Shown here: one piece after another, positions 14,461 through 26,039 of the stretch
How the letters are laid out: the number at the start of each line of letters is the position of its first letter
How positions within the stretch are numbered: the first letter of the stretch is position 1
Assembly (NCBI GenBank): GCA_038087875.1
Contig: CM075984.1
Span: 33,666,001-33,730,000, forward strand
Direction: 5' to 3'
Length of the DNA: 64,000 bases
Source of the DNA: Malacoraja senta
Lineage: Eukaryota
Made by a program: the position numbers and the translations under genes
Notes under the pieces: generated by a model
Told to the model about the DNA's origin: nothing
Databases searched by the model: none
The model's input: the letters and a program-made list of their open reading frames with translations, nothing else

Positions 14461-15237
14461 GTATGTTATTTTTTATGATACCTTTTATTAGGGAAAAATA
14501 TCTAAATAATAAGGCAGAAATGGATGAAATGCTCAAGAGATAAATGCTGGGAAGAGTGTGGGACGTTTTTTGGTCAGGTTTTTAAGGGATGCGAGCGAGG
14601 CGTTGGCGTGATTTTACATGGGGATCTACAACTTTGTGCTTGTTATGACCACTGCTGGGGTATGTGGACATGGTGATGGCATAGAGAATGTCCAATGCTA
14701 GAACCAAGACATGTTGAGTGAATGGGGTAGCAAGGGTCAAGGCGAATGCAGGATGTTAATTTGAAGGTGTAACGGGGCCATCATCATAAGCTATCAAGCG
14801 TAGGAATTTAGATTGAAAGGAAGGGGTCACAGTAGCTGCCTTTTTGATGGCCTGAAGTTTACAGGTGTTCCATGATGTGAGCTTGTTAAAGCAAATTGAA
14901 AGAGTTGAAACTGGAGATGACAAAGGCATGGCATAAACATATTTCTGTTGCAGTTGGTATAGCCAATATTTTTATGGAAACAAAGAAATTCGACACTCCG
15001 CTTGGAAGTTTATTGTCCCGATGCATTGATGTAGTATGCATGGTTACTTGATGCATACATTGCAGTTTAAAGCAAATTATTTCCTTATATTTCATTAGAA
15101 TAAAATCAAAGGATGAAAATTGTCAATTTGATGAAGCTGACATTATAAAATAATTGAACACTGAAATTAAAACAGAGTATACAGATCAGGCATCTGTGGA
15201 GATAACAAGAGATTGATCTGAAATATTATCCCTATTT

Positions 15238-15258
15238 CCCCCCCCCCCCCCCCCCCCC
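15238..15258. repeat. Poly-C tract (~21 nt)
   Basis: Read directly from the sequence. Confidence 0.9.
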
Positions 15259-15777
15259 ATCCCCCATCTCCACCACCTCCATCACCCAGTGGTGTCTGAC
15301 CTGCTGAGTATTTTCTGGCTTTCATTTCAAACTTCTAATTTATTTGCTGTTAGTTTACCTTAGGAACAGCAATAATTGTCACTGCCATAAATTTTCCTTC
15401 CCTTACATTGAATGTCCATTGTTGCTGCTCATGAGCCTGAGGCCTGTTTCCCCAAGGTCAGTGAAAACTACAAATTTGTTGTGGGTTTGAACATAAATTT
15501 GATATATCTATCTGCAAGCACTGGCCCAGCTCTTACTGCAGTGTGGCTGACAAAAGAAACTGCAGATGCTGGAAGCTTGATCAAAACACAAAGTGCAGGA
15601 GAAATTTAACAGGTCAGGCAGCATCTATGGAGGGAATAGACAGGTGATGTTTTGGGTCAGGGCTCTTCTTCAGACTTCTTGTAGTGTGACTCAACTTCGT
15701 TCCCTTTAATAAATCTGGGTAAAGGATCAGGTGTTCCCAGTGAGAGGTCTGTAGACTGAATCTGCATTTTTTTTTAG

Positions 15778-15885
15778 CAGGAAGATGCACTTTTTGCAGC
15801 TATGCCCCCATTGTGCCCCATTGGAAGTCATCCCAAGGTACAGAGCCCTAAACCTGTGACCGGGGGTCTTGGTGCCTTCACCAAG
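15778..15885 (+). CDS. YEATS2: YEATS2 exon (QEDALFAAMPPLCPIGSHPKVQSPKPVTGGLGAFTK)
   Basis: Poly-T tract, tag| acceptor, |gtaaga donor, 108 nt, phase 0-0. Nearly the same peptide as mammalian YEATS2. Confidence 0.95.
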
Positions 15886-17677
15886 GTAAGAGTTGGAATC
15901 CTCTGCTTTCATTGACTTTTCACTAGGTCCTATAATTTAAAATCCTGCCTTTGGTTTTACAGCTCTTGTTAATGTTGATATTACACAGGTTTCAATTAGT
16001 ATTGGCCCAGGTTGATATATCAGAAGACTTCATTGTGTGTATAGCCTAGCAACCAAATGAGAATAAGGAAGCTTTTAAAAAATATATATCTAATTTTGAA
16101 ATGCAAGAAAAGAAATCTGAAGAAAATACTCATGGATTCAGACCAGTAATCTGAATATTGATTTTTTTAAACCAAAACTGGTTTCCAAATATATACCGAT
16201 TTAAAATTTGAGTGGCACGATGATGTATAGGATTTTTTTCACCCCAAATAATGGTAACAGTACCAAGTCATGAACTATGGGCCTGGTGTGTTATGCTTGA
16301 CCATTATTCCTGGCAGTCATGCTACTGTGCTGTAGTGTTTGTTTGGGGTGGTACCTTGTTCTGCAGCTGCGAAAAGTGCTATATACATGAAAATATTTCT
16401 ATCTTTACCCTCTGCCATGTTGTCCTTGAATTGCTATTGGGGCCTCTTCTTTACAAATATTTTTACAACTACTCACCTTCAAGGACACTTGGAGCAGTGT
16501 GCTCCACGGTATTTTGAAAGTAGGGTGCTTCTGAAATAGACATTGGACAACCTCTAACAATCTGCAGTGTAGGTTGGCTCTGAGTATCATGGGCTCCAGG
16601 CGAAAGCTGGACAAATTAAGTTGATGTATAAATTGGCCAAGACCTCATTGGATGGTGGGACATACTACAGCTTTGAGGGATAGAATGGTCTTCTTTTGTT
16701 CATCTTTCTCAGGTGCTATGAGCGAAGAGACCAATTGCAACCTCTAGTTCCCACATTCTGTACATAAATCTTTCCTAGGTTAAGTGGTGTGTAGTCATCT
16801 ATGAAGTTGGAATTTTGATATTAATTCCATGACAAATGCTTACATTCATAAACGCCTCCCTCTCCTTTAGGCAGGAGTCCCCCAGTTTCCCATGATTAAG
16901 ATTGAGAGAGTAGGATTTCTGCATCAAGGACAAAGAAATTGGATAGAAAGAGACTGCTCCAATTTTCTATAGTTATTGCCAGTGGGATGAGTATTAACAG
17001 AGCATTTACACACGAAAATGAACTCTGACATGGGACCTTACAAAAATTCCCTTGTTTTGCGCTTGCCTTTGCCTATACCCTTGCATGCGATTGTCATCAG
17101 CTTTACACTGCTGTATAGAAACATAATAAAACAATGGACCCATTCATGCAAACTTTATTGTGATTAACTGGCTACATACCTGAATAATATCCTTTTATAA
17201 TTGACCTCCTTGAAGAATGGATTATTTGAGCTGAGAGATGAATATCTTTGGTGTAATAGAAACTTATTTTTTGCTTTTAACTCCATACAGTTGACTAAAG
17301 AGAGAATGTAAATATCATTAGTATGCTATTCTGCCGGAAAGATTGCTCTTCTGAAGCTGTAGAGGGCTGGAAGTGTTCCTGACGGTGTGATTACCTGTCA
17401 TTCTTGTGTTTGCTGGTCAACATTTAGTTTTCTCATAATCACCTTGTTCTTATATGTCTCCAAGGTTCCTATCATAGTCAGTCCACAAAGGCACTTTTTT
17501 GTAAACAAATGGAATTCTTTTACTAAACCTTGCCACATCTTTGTCGTAGTTTAAATTGTTTATTTGGACCTACCGTTTATTCAACAATTATTCAATAAGT
17601 GGTACTTATTGTAGCGGCAGATTTTTATATCGTTCAAGAGATTACTCCCTCTAGCCGCTAAGTAGACTACATGGTTA

Positions 17678-18317
17678 AGGGGAATGTCGTTATACGCATG
17701 CGAGCTCTCCATCGGGGACCTTCAGCTTCTTCACAGATAAATCTTCATAACACAGTCTTTTGATTAATAAATTCTTTATTGTTGATGAAAAACAATAGCG
17801 TATACATCCAAACGTCTTCCGACTCGTACACTATAATCTTCATCGAACTCCAGCTTATTGCATTAAACGTTAGAAAACTCCTCGTGTCTCCGTTACACTT
17901 CGCATGGTCAAAGGGTATGCCTTCTCCATGCTGGTTCAAAACTAAACTAAAAACGAATCTTCTGCGCAAGAAACTTAGCTCCAAACACGCCCTAAAATAC
18001 GTCATAAATCCCACCCACAATATAACCGGCAGTCTAAAATTTAAAGACACATGCCATGTGTCACAATGACACACAAATGACATGTTATTCGTAGGTAATC
18101 GAGGGTAGTCAAAGGTAATCAAAGGTAGTCGTAGATAGTTTTCAACATAGTCGAAGGGAGGTCGAAGGAAGTCTTCTTCACTCTCCACTATTCAGTGTCC
18201 AATTTTCCCGAAGCTAGTCTGCTACATAGTCGAAGGAGGTCTTCAACATGACATTTTTTTCAAACTCTCCTAAACTCTTCTAAACTCGCCAATTAGGTCG
18301 CCATTGGGACAGCCCCT
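17678..18317. mobile_element. Probable Harbinger-type MITE with a degenerate left end
   Basis: Right end gggacagcccct resembles the family TIR; left end aggggaatgtc is only a partial match; CpG-rich interior. Confidence 0.5.
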
Positions 18318-18937
18318 TAGCACTGGAACAGGCCCTTCGGGCAAATTGAGAACTGTGTAAACAGACAGACCCAATATATCAAACCCAAGGACTGTTTCTA
18401 GGACAGTGCATAGGCATGCCAACAATCTTCTTGTATCGTTTCTGGTTCAGTGAACTGTGACTTTAGTTCATCTCACGTTTGACGCCACCTAATGTTTTAT
18501 TTCAGTGAACCTCCAGAGGCAGATTGGAAACGCTCTTCCATGGAATTTATTTTCCGTGGTCTTAACGATAGAGGCAGACAATTTTGGAACAATATAGGGA
18601 AATGTTTTTTTATGGGTCGTGAAAATTTAGAATTTTCTGCATGACATGATTGTGTTACATTAACTGGAATTTTGAAACTGATGAGCGTTTTATGAAGCAA
18701 CAGTATCAAGGGATATGAAATGATAAAACAGAAGTATCAATCATACGTGATGTGGAATGGAAGATGAGGTTGAAGACACTCAGTGGCAGACCCAAGTTAT
18801 TCTGTATGCATTTAGATGCTCCTGAGGAAAGAAGGTGTATTTATACAGCGATTGTTGCAGATTGAGTGTTAAACTGACATTTCAGTACTTATTGAGGTGA
18901 GGTACAAGACCAGGAAAGTGAAAAAGTTAAGTGGTTA

Positions 18938-19641
18938 TGGGTCTGTCCCACTTAGGCGACTTTTTACGTGATAGCAGGAGACTATGCAGTCGCCACATGT
19001 TCGCGGGTGCCGAGGAGTCGCCTTCATGGTCGTGAGGAGTTCCCGCGTTCTGGGAACTAGTCGCGGCCATGAGGGCGACTAGGCCATCGTGCCGTAGGTG
19101 GGTCGGCAGAAGGTCCTAGTGGGTTTCCAGGAGGTCAAAGGTTCTCGGAGGTTCTTGTAGGTTGGAGTGGGTGCTGTCCCATGAATTTCATTGGCTCATT
19201 GGGAAAAAAAAGGTAAGCAATAGTTTTCAGAACCAATGAAAACAGACCGGTAATGTTAAATGTCCGCCGAGCTTCACAGCCGTGGGCTTCTTAAAAGTTG
19301 TCTCCCCTCCTTCTCACTCCTCTCCCCCCCACTCTTTTAAAGGACTTACCGTACACTGCTTTAGCTGTCTTTTTACAGCGCCAACCTTCCTGTTCATCGC
19401 GGTGTGTGTCTGATTTCACCTTGGCTTTGCACCGCGTGAGTTTTTTAGACAGGGCAAGCGGGGGGAGCACTGTCTAAAATATTCACATGGGCTGGTGAAG
19501 GAAGCGGTGTGTTAGTGTGTGTGTGTGTGTGTGTGTTCCACTCTGACAGTCGCTGTTCCAGTTTCCAGTTTTTCAGGCGACTGCTGGCAACATGACAGTC
19601 GTGGCAGTCCGCTGAAAAATCGCCTAAGTGGGACAGGCCCA
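18938..19641. mobile_element. PIF/Harbinger-type MITE
   Basis: TIRs tgggtctgtcccacttaggcga and tcgcctaagtgggacaggccca; TTA TSD on both sides. Confidence 0.88.
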
Positions 19642-21449
19642 TTAGATTGCATGTTGGGTTTCTCTCTATCTCACTGTAGCCTTAATAAGATCAATAACCC
19701 TCCCCCCCCCCAGAAAAATATAGAGCAGCACGTTCATTTGTCCAGTGATTCCTCTGATGCTATAGTGGAAAATAACTGATTTAACACCCTGGTAGCAGGT
19801 TCCCATGAATGCATCTGAGCAACGATGTGTATCCCTGCACTTACAGAGGAAATCTGGCACTGAGGGTTAATTTGCATGTTTATATTGTGAAAACAAGTTG
19901 GAATTAAAGCCATGTGGACGAGTGTAAAGCTGTAAGTATGAGAGCTCCACCTTCTGTTGGTGTTTAGTAGTGGAGTTTGGAAAGCCTAGCTCATAAACAG
20001 TGTCGTAGATTTATTGTTATTGGTAACTAATGTTACGTCAGTAACATATCATTACCTTGTCTATACTTGTTTATGTTTTGTTTCTCTGGAAAGTTCTTTT
20101 CAATAAAGGTGTTTTATCTTCTCGTGCTCGCTTTGAATTTGTGGGCAATCTATCTGGTATATATATAATTAAATTCATGCAGTAACTGACCAGATTTTGA
20201 CTACATCAAAGTCTAGATTTTTTCTTTTATATCCGTAGATTAAGTGTATTATCACATTTCCTTAGAATGATAGTTTTACCATCCTCCTGTGCAAGAAACC
20301 TGCATCATTTATTTATTGTTATCTTGCTACTTATTCCTGATTCAATACTTACTTCATAATTGGTTTCATGCTACCAACTAGCTTGCATTGCACCGTTTAT
20401 TCACAGTGGTATTCAAAATTCATATTATTTAATATTTCATGTATTCCTTAAAGAAAACTTTGACACCACTTGGTTCTTCAGAGGACTTCAATGATTCACT
20501 TCAGATACCATAGTTTTCCAGATCTAAGTTTGCTGCCTCCTTTCCACTTGAACCAAACATAATATGACCCAGAAGGTACATTATAGCTCCATTTATAATC
20601 TAATTATATTACGCTCATCCCATCTATCTAGAGTTATCGATTGGTATGGCTGTAAAGTTACAATCCCTTTCTTTTAACTTGTTGCATACCAAGCCAAAAT
20701 TAGCAGCAGTTGGCAGTTTTTGAGTGTTTTGTCCTGTTTTCTAAAGTAAAAATGTTGACCCTATTTCTCACATGACCTCGCCATTACCCAGATTGTGAAC
20801 ACCTCATCCAAGCCTCCCTCTAAACTGCACTCACAACAAAATGCCACTCTACCCGGGTGCCCTGTTTATTTGGAATCAAACTTATCAGTGAGAGTTGGGA
20901 GATACCACAGCAGGGTCTGATGACAAAGGCATGATTTAGGTGCTGCCCAGAACTGGAAAGCATGGCATATTCTATTCCTGAGCACCAAGCTAGACTTGTC
21001 ATACTTCTTCAATGATCACAACTTGCATTATCTAACTTGTCTAACTTGTCACATACTAACGTCAGGACTTGGGCATTCATGATTCATCACCAACCCATCT
21101 TATTCAACTGAAGCAATGGATATCATTCAGGAATGAGGGTGATTGGCTCCAGCCTCAATGCAGAAAGGTCCTTGTATAATTACCATAATATTGCAGGTCC
21201 ATATATTGTATTCCAACCTTGGGTGCATAGGCTTCTTGAATGTGCAGCCTCTGTTGTAGAGGTGGCAAAGAGAGTTTCTACTGAGTAATGGCAGAGATTT
21301 TTTTTTATTGTCTTTTTTTTGTTTTGGTGAAACAATGAGTGATCATTGATCATGTTTTAACAATGTGAAAAGAGGGGTGTGTATCATTATTTTGTTTCTA
21401 TATTATGATGTACACTCCTATTATAGCTAAAGGGTAATCCAATGATTAT

Positions 21450-21750
21450 GACACAGTTGCGTAGCTAGTGGAGTTGCTGCCTCATAGAGCCAGACAATCA
21501 TTCCATCCTGCCCTTGGGTGTTCTCGAGTGGAATCTGCATGTTCTTCCCTCCAGGTGCTTCGCTTTCCTCCTACATTCCAAAAATGTGTGAGTAGGTAAA
21601 TTAATTGGCTATAAATATAGATTGGCCTTTATGTGTGGGTGAATGGTATACACTGGGGTGGAGTTGGAGAGAATAAAAATGAGATTTATGTCGGATCAGT
21701 GTGGATTAGATGGACCGAGTAGTCTGTTTCTCTGCTGTATGTCTCTATGA
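21450..21750 (+). mobile_element. V-SINE, older copy
   Basis: gttgctgcctcatagagccaga head; tttcctcctacattccaaa core. Confidence 0.7.
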
Positions 21751-23742
21751 AATGTATCACACAGTCACAGGAAATTTTATTTTCTTAATCTGTGATGAGA
21801 GGGGAGAATTTATTGTTTCAATTTTTTTCACTTTTCACTTCTTTTTGGTCAGTTCTTCTGTTCTGAGGTTCATGAAACCAATGTGGAACCACAGACTTTT
21901 GGTGGTAGATCCGTGCGCTCTTAGAGCAAGAACTCATCACTCTCATCCCAATCTCAATGAAGCTTTTCCACGTTGAGCATTAATTTACCAGAGATTGTGG
22001 AATATTTCATTTCTTCGAGGAGGCTTTGGATGGCACTATGGTGCAGCTCCAGAGACCTGATTCAATCTTAAAATATTTTACCTTCTTTCACCTTCTATCG
22101 CTAGCTACTGAGCTGGGAAAAGAATATCAGGTTTTAGAGTCTGGTAAGGGGCATTTGGTTGATGTGGCCCGCCCTACATGGTTACTGGGTGTAACGAGGG
22201 CCTCAATGCTATGAATATTGGCCTAGGTCAGGAATCGGACATTGGATTTGCTTGAAGATAGACACAAAAAGCTGGAATACTTACCCTTATGGTGAATTTG
22301 GAGAACTTTGCAGAGATTGTATTGATGCTATTTTCCTAGGCAGCTGCTGTAGGTAATCCAGGACTCAGAAGCATACACGAGAATAGGAATTATTGCCCAG
22401 GGCAACATGAGTTGTGTGCCATGTCTGAAGTCTAATCTTCAAATGTCCAAGGACTATGTTTGTTCAAGGATGCCTGCCTTTGCTGAGAGGTGGCTCACCA
22501 GATATGGGAAGTAATCTGAGTTTTACAGAGTCTCATCTTGAAAATTTATCGTTGGAACAAAAGGGTCGGGTTGGTAGCGGATGTTTGTCTTGAGAATATT
22601 GAATGCGATACCCATCCATCATATACTCTCATTAACCAAATAATAATGTCATTGAATCATACAGAATAGATGTGGGCCTCATGGCCCACCATATGTGTGC
22701 TGACCATCAAGAACCTATCTATACTAATCCCATTTACCAGACCTGAAATGTCACCTAGACACTCTGCAGAGATGCTGCCTGGCCCGCTGATTCACTCCAG
22801 CACTTTGTGTTCATTTACTGGAACTTGGTCAGCACCCTACATTGCCGTGGTGATTCAGGTGCTTGTCCAGATGTTTTTAAAATGTTGTTGAGAGTCCATG
22901 TCTCCACCACCTTCTCAGGCAGTGTGATCCAGATTGCAACCACCCTCTGCGTTTAAAAAAAATAAAAAATAAAAAATCTTCCTCTGATCATTCTATGCCT
23001 CATAATCCTGACCTTAAACCTATGCCTTCTTCCATGGGAATTATTATTGATTACTTTTTTTCTCCTCATACTGTCTACCCTGTTCTGGAATATCTTGGAG
23101 CTCAGACTCCGAGACTGTGCAGATGCACACCACAGCTCAGCCACTGAGGTTTGATGTCCATTGTTCCAAAGTGTATTTGGCATATATTTTGAAGATTAGC
23201 TCCATTTCCAGGGAAAAGGTGTTAGAGGTAAGGTGCCACATTCCGGCAAAAGAGATTGAGAGAAATATTGCCGCTGCCTTGGTTTGATACTGGACTTCAC
23301 TGAGGACAGTTATGTTGTAGACCCATTGGTTAATATCATGGCTTCAGAGCAGAGGTAAGATTGAGATGAATGTCTGGGACCAGTCATATTTGAGGAGTGT
23401 GTGTCACAGTTTTCACAGAGTCAAAAAAGCTTTGGTTAGGTTGGAACAAGCCTTATTGTGTGGTGAAGATAATGTCCACAATGCCTCTGAACGAATGACA
23501 TCCACATATCCATGACATACACATCTTCTTCAGAATTATAAAAGTCATCTATGACCCCAAATATCAACAGTTCCTTTCCCCTCAAAGATGCTGCTTGACC
23601 CATTGAATTCATCCAATAGATAGGTTATTGCTTTCTTAGCACCATCGATTTCAACTAACTTTTTTCCCTTTGAAATAAAATCTTTTGAAAATCGAAGCAG
23701 CTTCACCCACAGCCTTGCCTTCATGCTAAGGTTTTTGACCTA

Positions 23743-23942
23743 AAGATACAAAGTGCTGGAGTAACTCAGCGGGTCAGGCAGCATCTCTGGAAAATATGGA
23801 TAGGTAACCTTTTGGGTCGGGACCCTTCTTCAGACTGTGGGACCTACAGTCTGAAGATGGGCCCTGACCCGAAATGTTACCTGTCCGTGTTCTCTAGAGA
23901 TGCCGTCTGACCCGCTGAGTTATTCCAGCACATTGTGTCTTT
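23743..23942. repeat. Palindromic element of two inverted Penelope termini, each with a hammerhead-like core
   Basis: ~95-bp arms around a ~7-nt centre (cttcagactgt-gggacct-acagtctgaag). Confidence 0.85.
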
Positions 23943-24704
23943 TTTTTGTGTACCAGATGTGCAGTTCCTGTGTCTCTGAGTTTTTAGACCATAATACACA
24001 GAAGCAGAATTAGGTCATTGATGCAAATATAAGATTAAAATAAATTCTGCCATTTGCTTGTTTCCTGTTATTGTTTCTTGTCTGGTCTAACTATCTTGCC
24101 CCATACTCTCTTGCTTTTTTAATACATCATAAAGGCTCTTGTTTGTTTCATTATTACATGCCAGATTTTTCTCATTGGCAATTTTCTGCCACTCAGCTTT
24201 TTTTAGTCTCTCGTGACTGGTTTCCAAAACAAAATTTTGAGTCCTCTGGTCTACCACTAGTTTTTGCCACTTTCTATACTTGAGCTTTTGTTTTATTACT
24301 TTCCTGGATCTTCTTTGTTAACCACATAAGGTTCATCTTTCTGTTTGATTTCCTCTTTCTAAATAGGATACATTTCTGCAGAGCATTAAGAATTAGCTAT
24401 ACTGCACATGTCAACCTTTCCTTTAGCCATTTTCCCTGTCCACTGTTGCTCTGTGTGAAGTTGGGGATGCTGCTTTCTGGACCAGTGCTATTCAGCCGAA
24501 AGATATATCTGACATTCTATCATGTTGTAATTGTTATTTCCCAGGCTCCTTAACTGAACGATTTCCCATTGAGCCCACTTCTTACATGAGACCAGATGTA
24601 AAATGGCCATTTCTTTTTTCATTGACCAATAGGCTGATTAGTGTTTACCACTAGAGTTGTGGGAGTTGAGTCGTGACTGGCATAAATTGATCAGTAACTT
24701 AAAT

Positions 24705-25005
24705 TACTTACTGCCTATTATGCCTCCTGGCATGTAGGGCAGCAACGAAGGTCCTCCACTCAGGAGTGTTGATTCCTTCAGTTGCTGTTTCTGTAACATA
24801 TTTGTTTTACGAGACAGGGTTGTTAGCCCTGTGCTCAACCTCCAACCTGGAGGACCAGTGGATTGCTCTTCGTCTCGCATCTACCCTTCGACCAGTCCAG
24901 CATGGGAGACCCTAACAGGAGACGAATCTCCCGCTGGCATAGCTCTAGGAGTCACTGAGACACACAAGCTCCCCGACCACGACAAGGTTGCAATCCAGCG
25001 GGGAG
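24705..25005 (-). mobile_element. Short bipartite non-autonomous RTE-clade element (5' UTR joined to 3' end)
   Basis: 5' accttgtcgtggt..gagcttgtgtgtctcagtga..agctatg resembles RTE/Expander 5' UTRs; 3' WRTFVAALHA end with (gtaa) tail; TSD agta(a/g)cttaaat at 24693-24704 and 25006-25017. Confidence 0.75.
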
Positions 25006-25201
25006 AGTAGCTTAAATGGTTAGGGATAATTACTGAAACTTTAACAATATGAAGGCTAGGGGCTACTTTGGCCAAAAACTAATAAACTAGCAAAGCTTGC
25101 AAGCCTCATTGGAAGTTTATTTCAACAGTGAAAATATTTGCCTCGTTTTCTCTTGCTGTGGCATGTTGGAGTATATTTCATACATATCTTGTCCTTCCTA
25201 G

Positions 25202-25372
25202 GTTATCATCAAACAAGAACAAGGAGAAGTAGTGGCACAGCAGTCAGGGGTCTCATCTGGGCCCACACAGCAGGCTGTGCAGCAGTTTGTGACTGTGAAA
25301 GGCGGCCAGGTAATTGCTGTCTCCCCACAAAAGCACAGCAGCAGCATTGGAGCAGGAGCCACTCAGACTAAG
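25202..25372 (+). CDS. YEATS2: YEATS2 exon (VIIKQEQGE...VTVKGGQVIAVSPQK...TQTK)
   Basis: ttcctag| and |gtacgt, 171 nt, phase 0-0. VIIKQE and VTVKGG..IAVSPQK motifs. Confidence 0.93.
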
Positions 25373-26039
25373 GTACGTTCTTGAAGACAGTGGAGCGGTA
25401 ATGAGCTGACTGTCAAGTAACGCTTGACGGGCATGACGAGAATAAAGTTAGACACCGAGCTATCTAACTGAGGGTCGGCACTCTTGCGAATGCCAAATCA
25501 CCCTGGCTGACATGTTGTTTTAGTCATCACATGCTGAGCTTGGAATATTATTTTGTTCCAAACAATAGGCAGCTGTAAATGAGAACAATTATAAAACAGT
25601 AATATCAACAATTACCTGAATAAATATACATCCTTTAGACCTTTTCTTTTCTGAGGTTCACCCCACCAAGTTCATAAATGGTTCTATTGGAGTTGATCTC
25701 CATTTGTAGCCTTTTCAAAGCAAGCTTGTAAGTAGGAGGGTTTAGTAATGGTCAGGAATATTTTTGTAGGTGGTTTGATTGTTGAACACATTTCAATTGT
25801 GATCTAATGCACCCCACACATTTCTTCAGATTAGAAACATTTCCGACACCCTCAACAATCTTCCTTCTCTCTCAATCCCAATGCAGGGTTTCTACCCAAA
25901 ATGTCAAAGATTCCTTTGCCCATAGATGCGGTTTGGCCCAAGGAGTTCCTCTCGCAGATTGTTTGTTGCTCCAGATTCCAGCATCTGTAGTCTCTTGTGT
26001 CTCGATTGGAAACTTTGCAAACTTCCTTGCTTCATGTCA

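Noticed and set aside
17745-18188. 147-aa ORF as a transposase or Myb-protein remnant
   Set aside because: No catalytic or Myb motif that I can identify with confidence.
19730-20110. Alternative terminal exon (acceptor-like site plus AATAAA at ~20102)
   Set aside because: Weak pyrimidine tract and no similarity to YEATS2; AATAAA is common in AT-rich introns.
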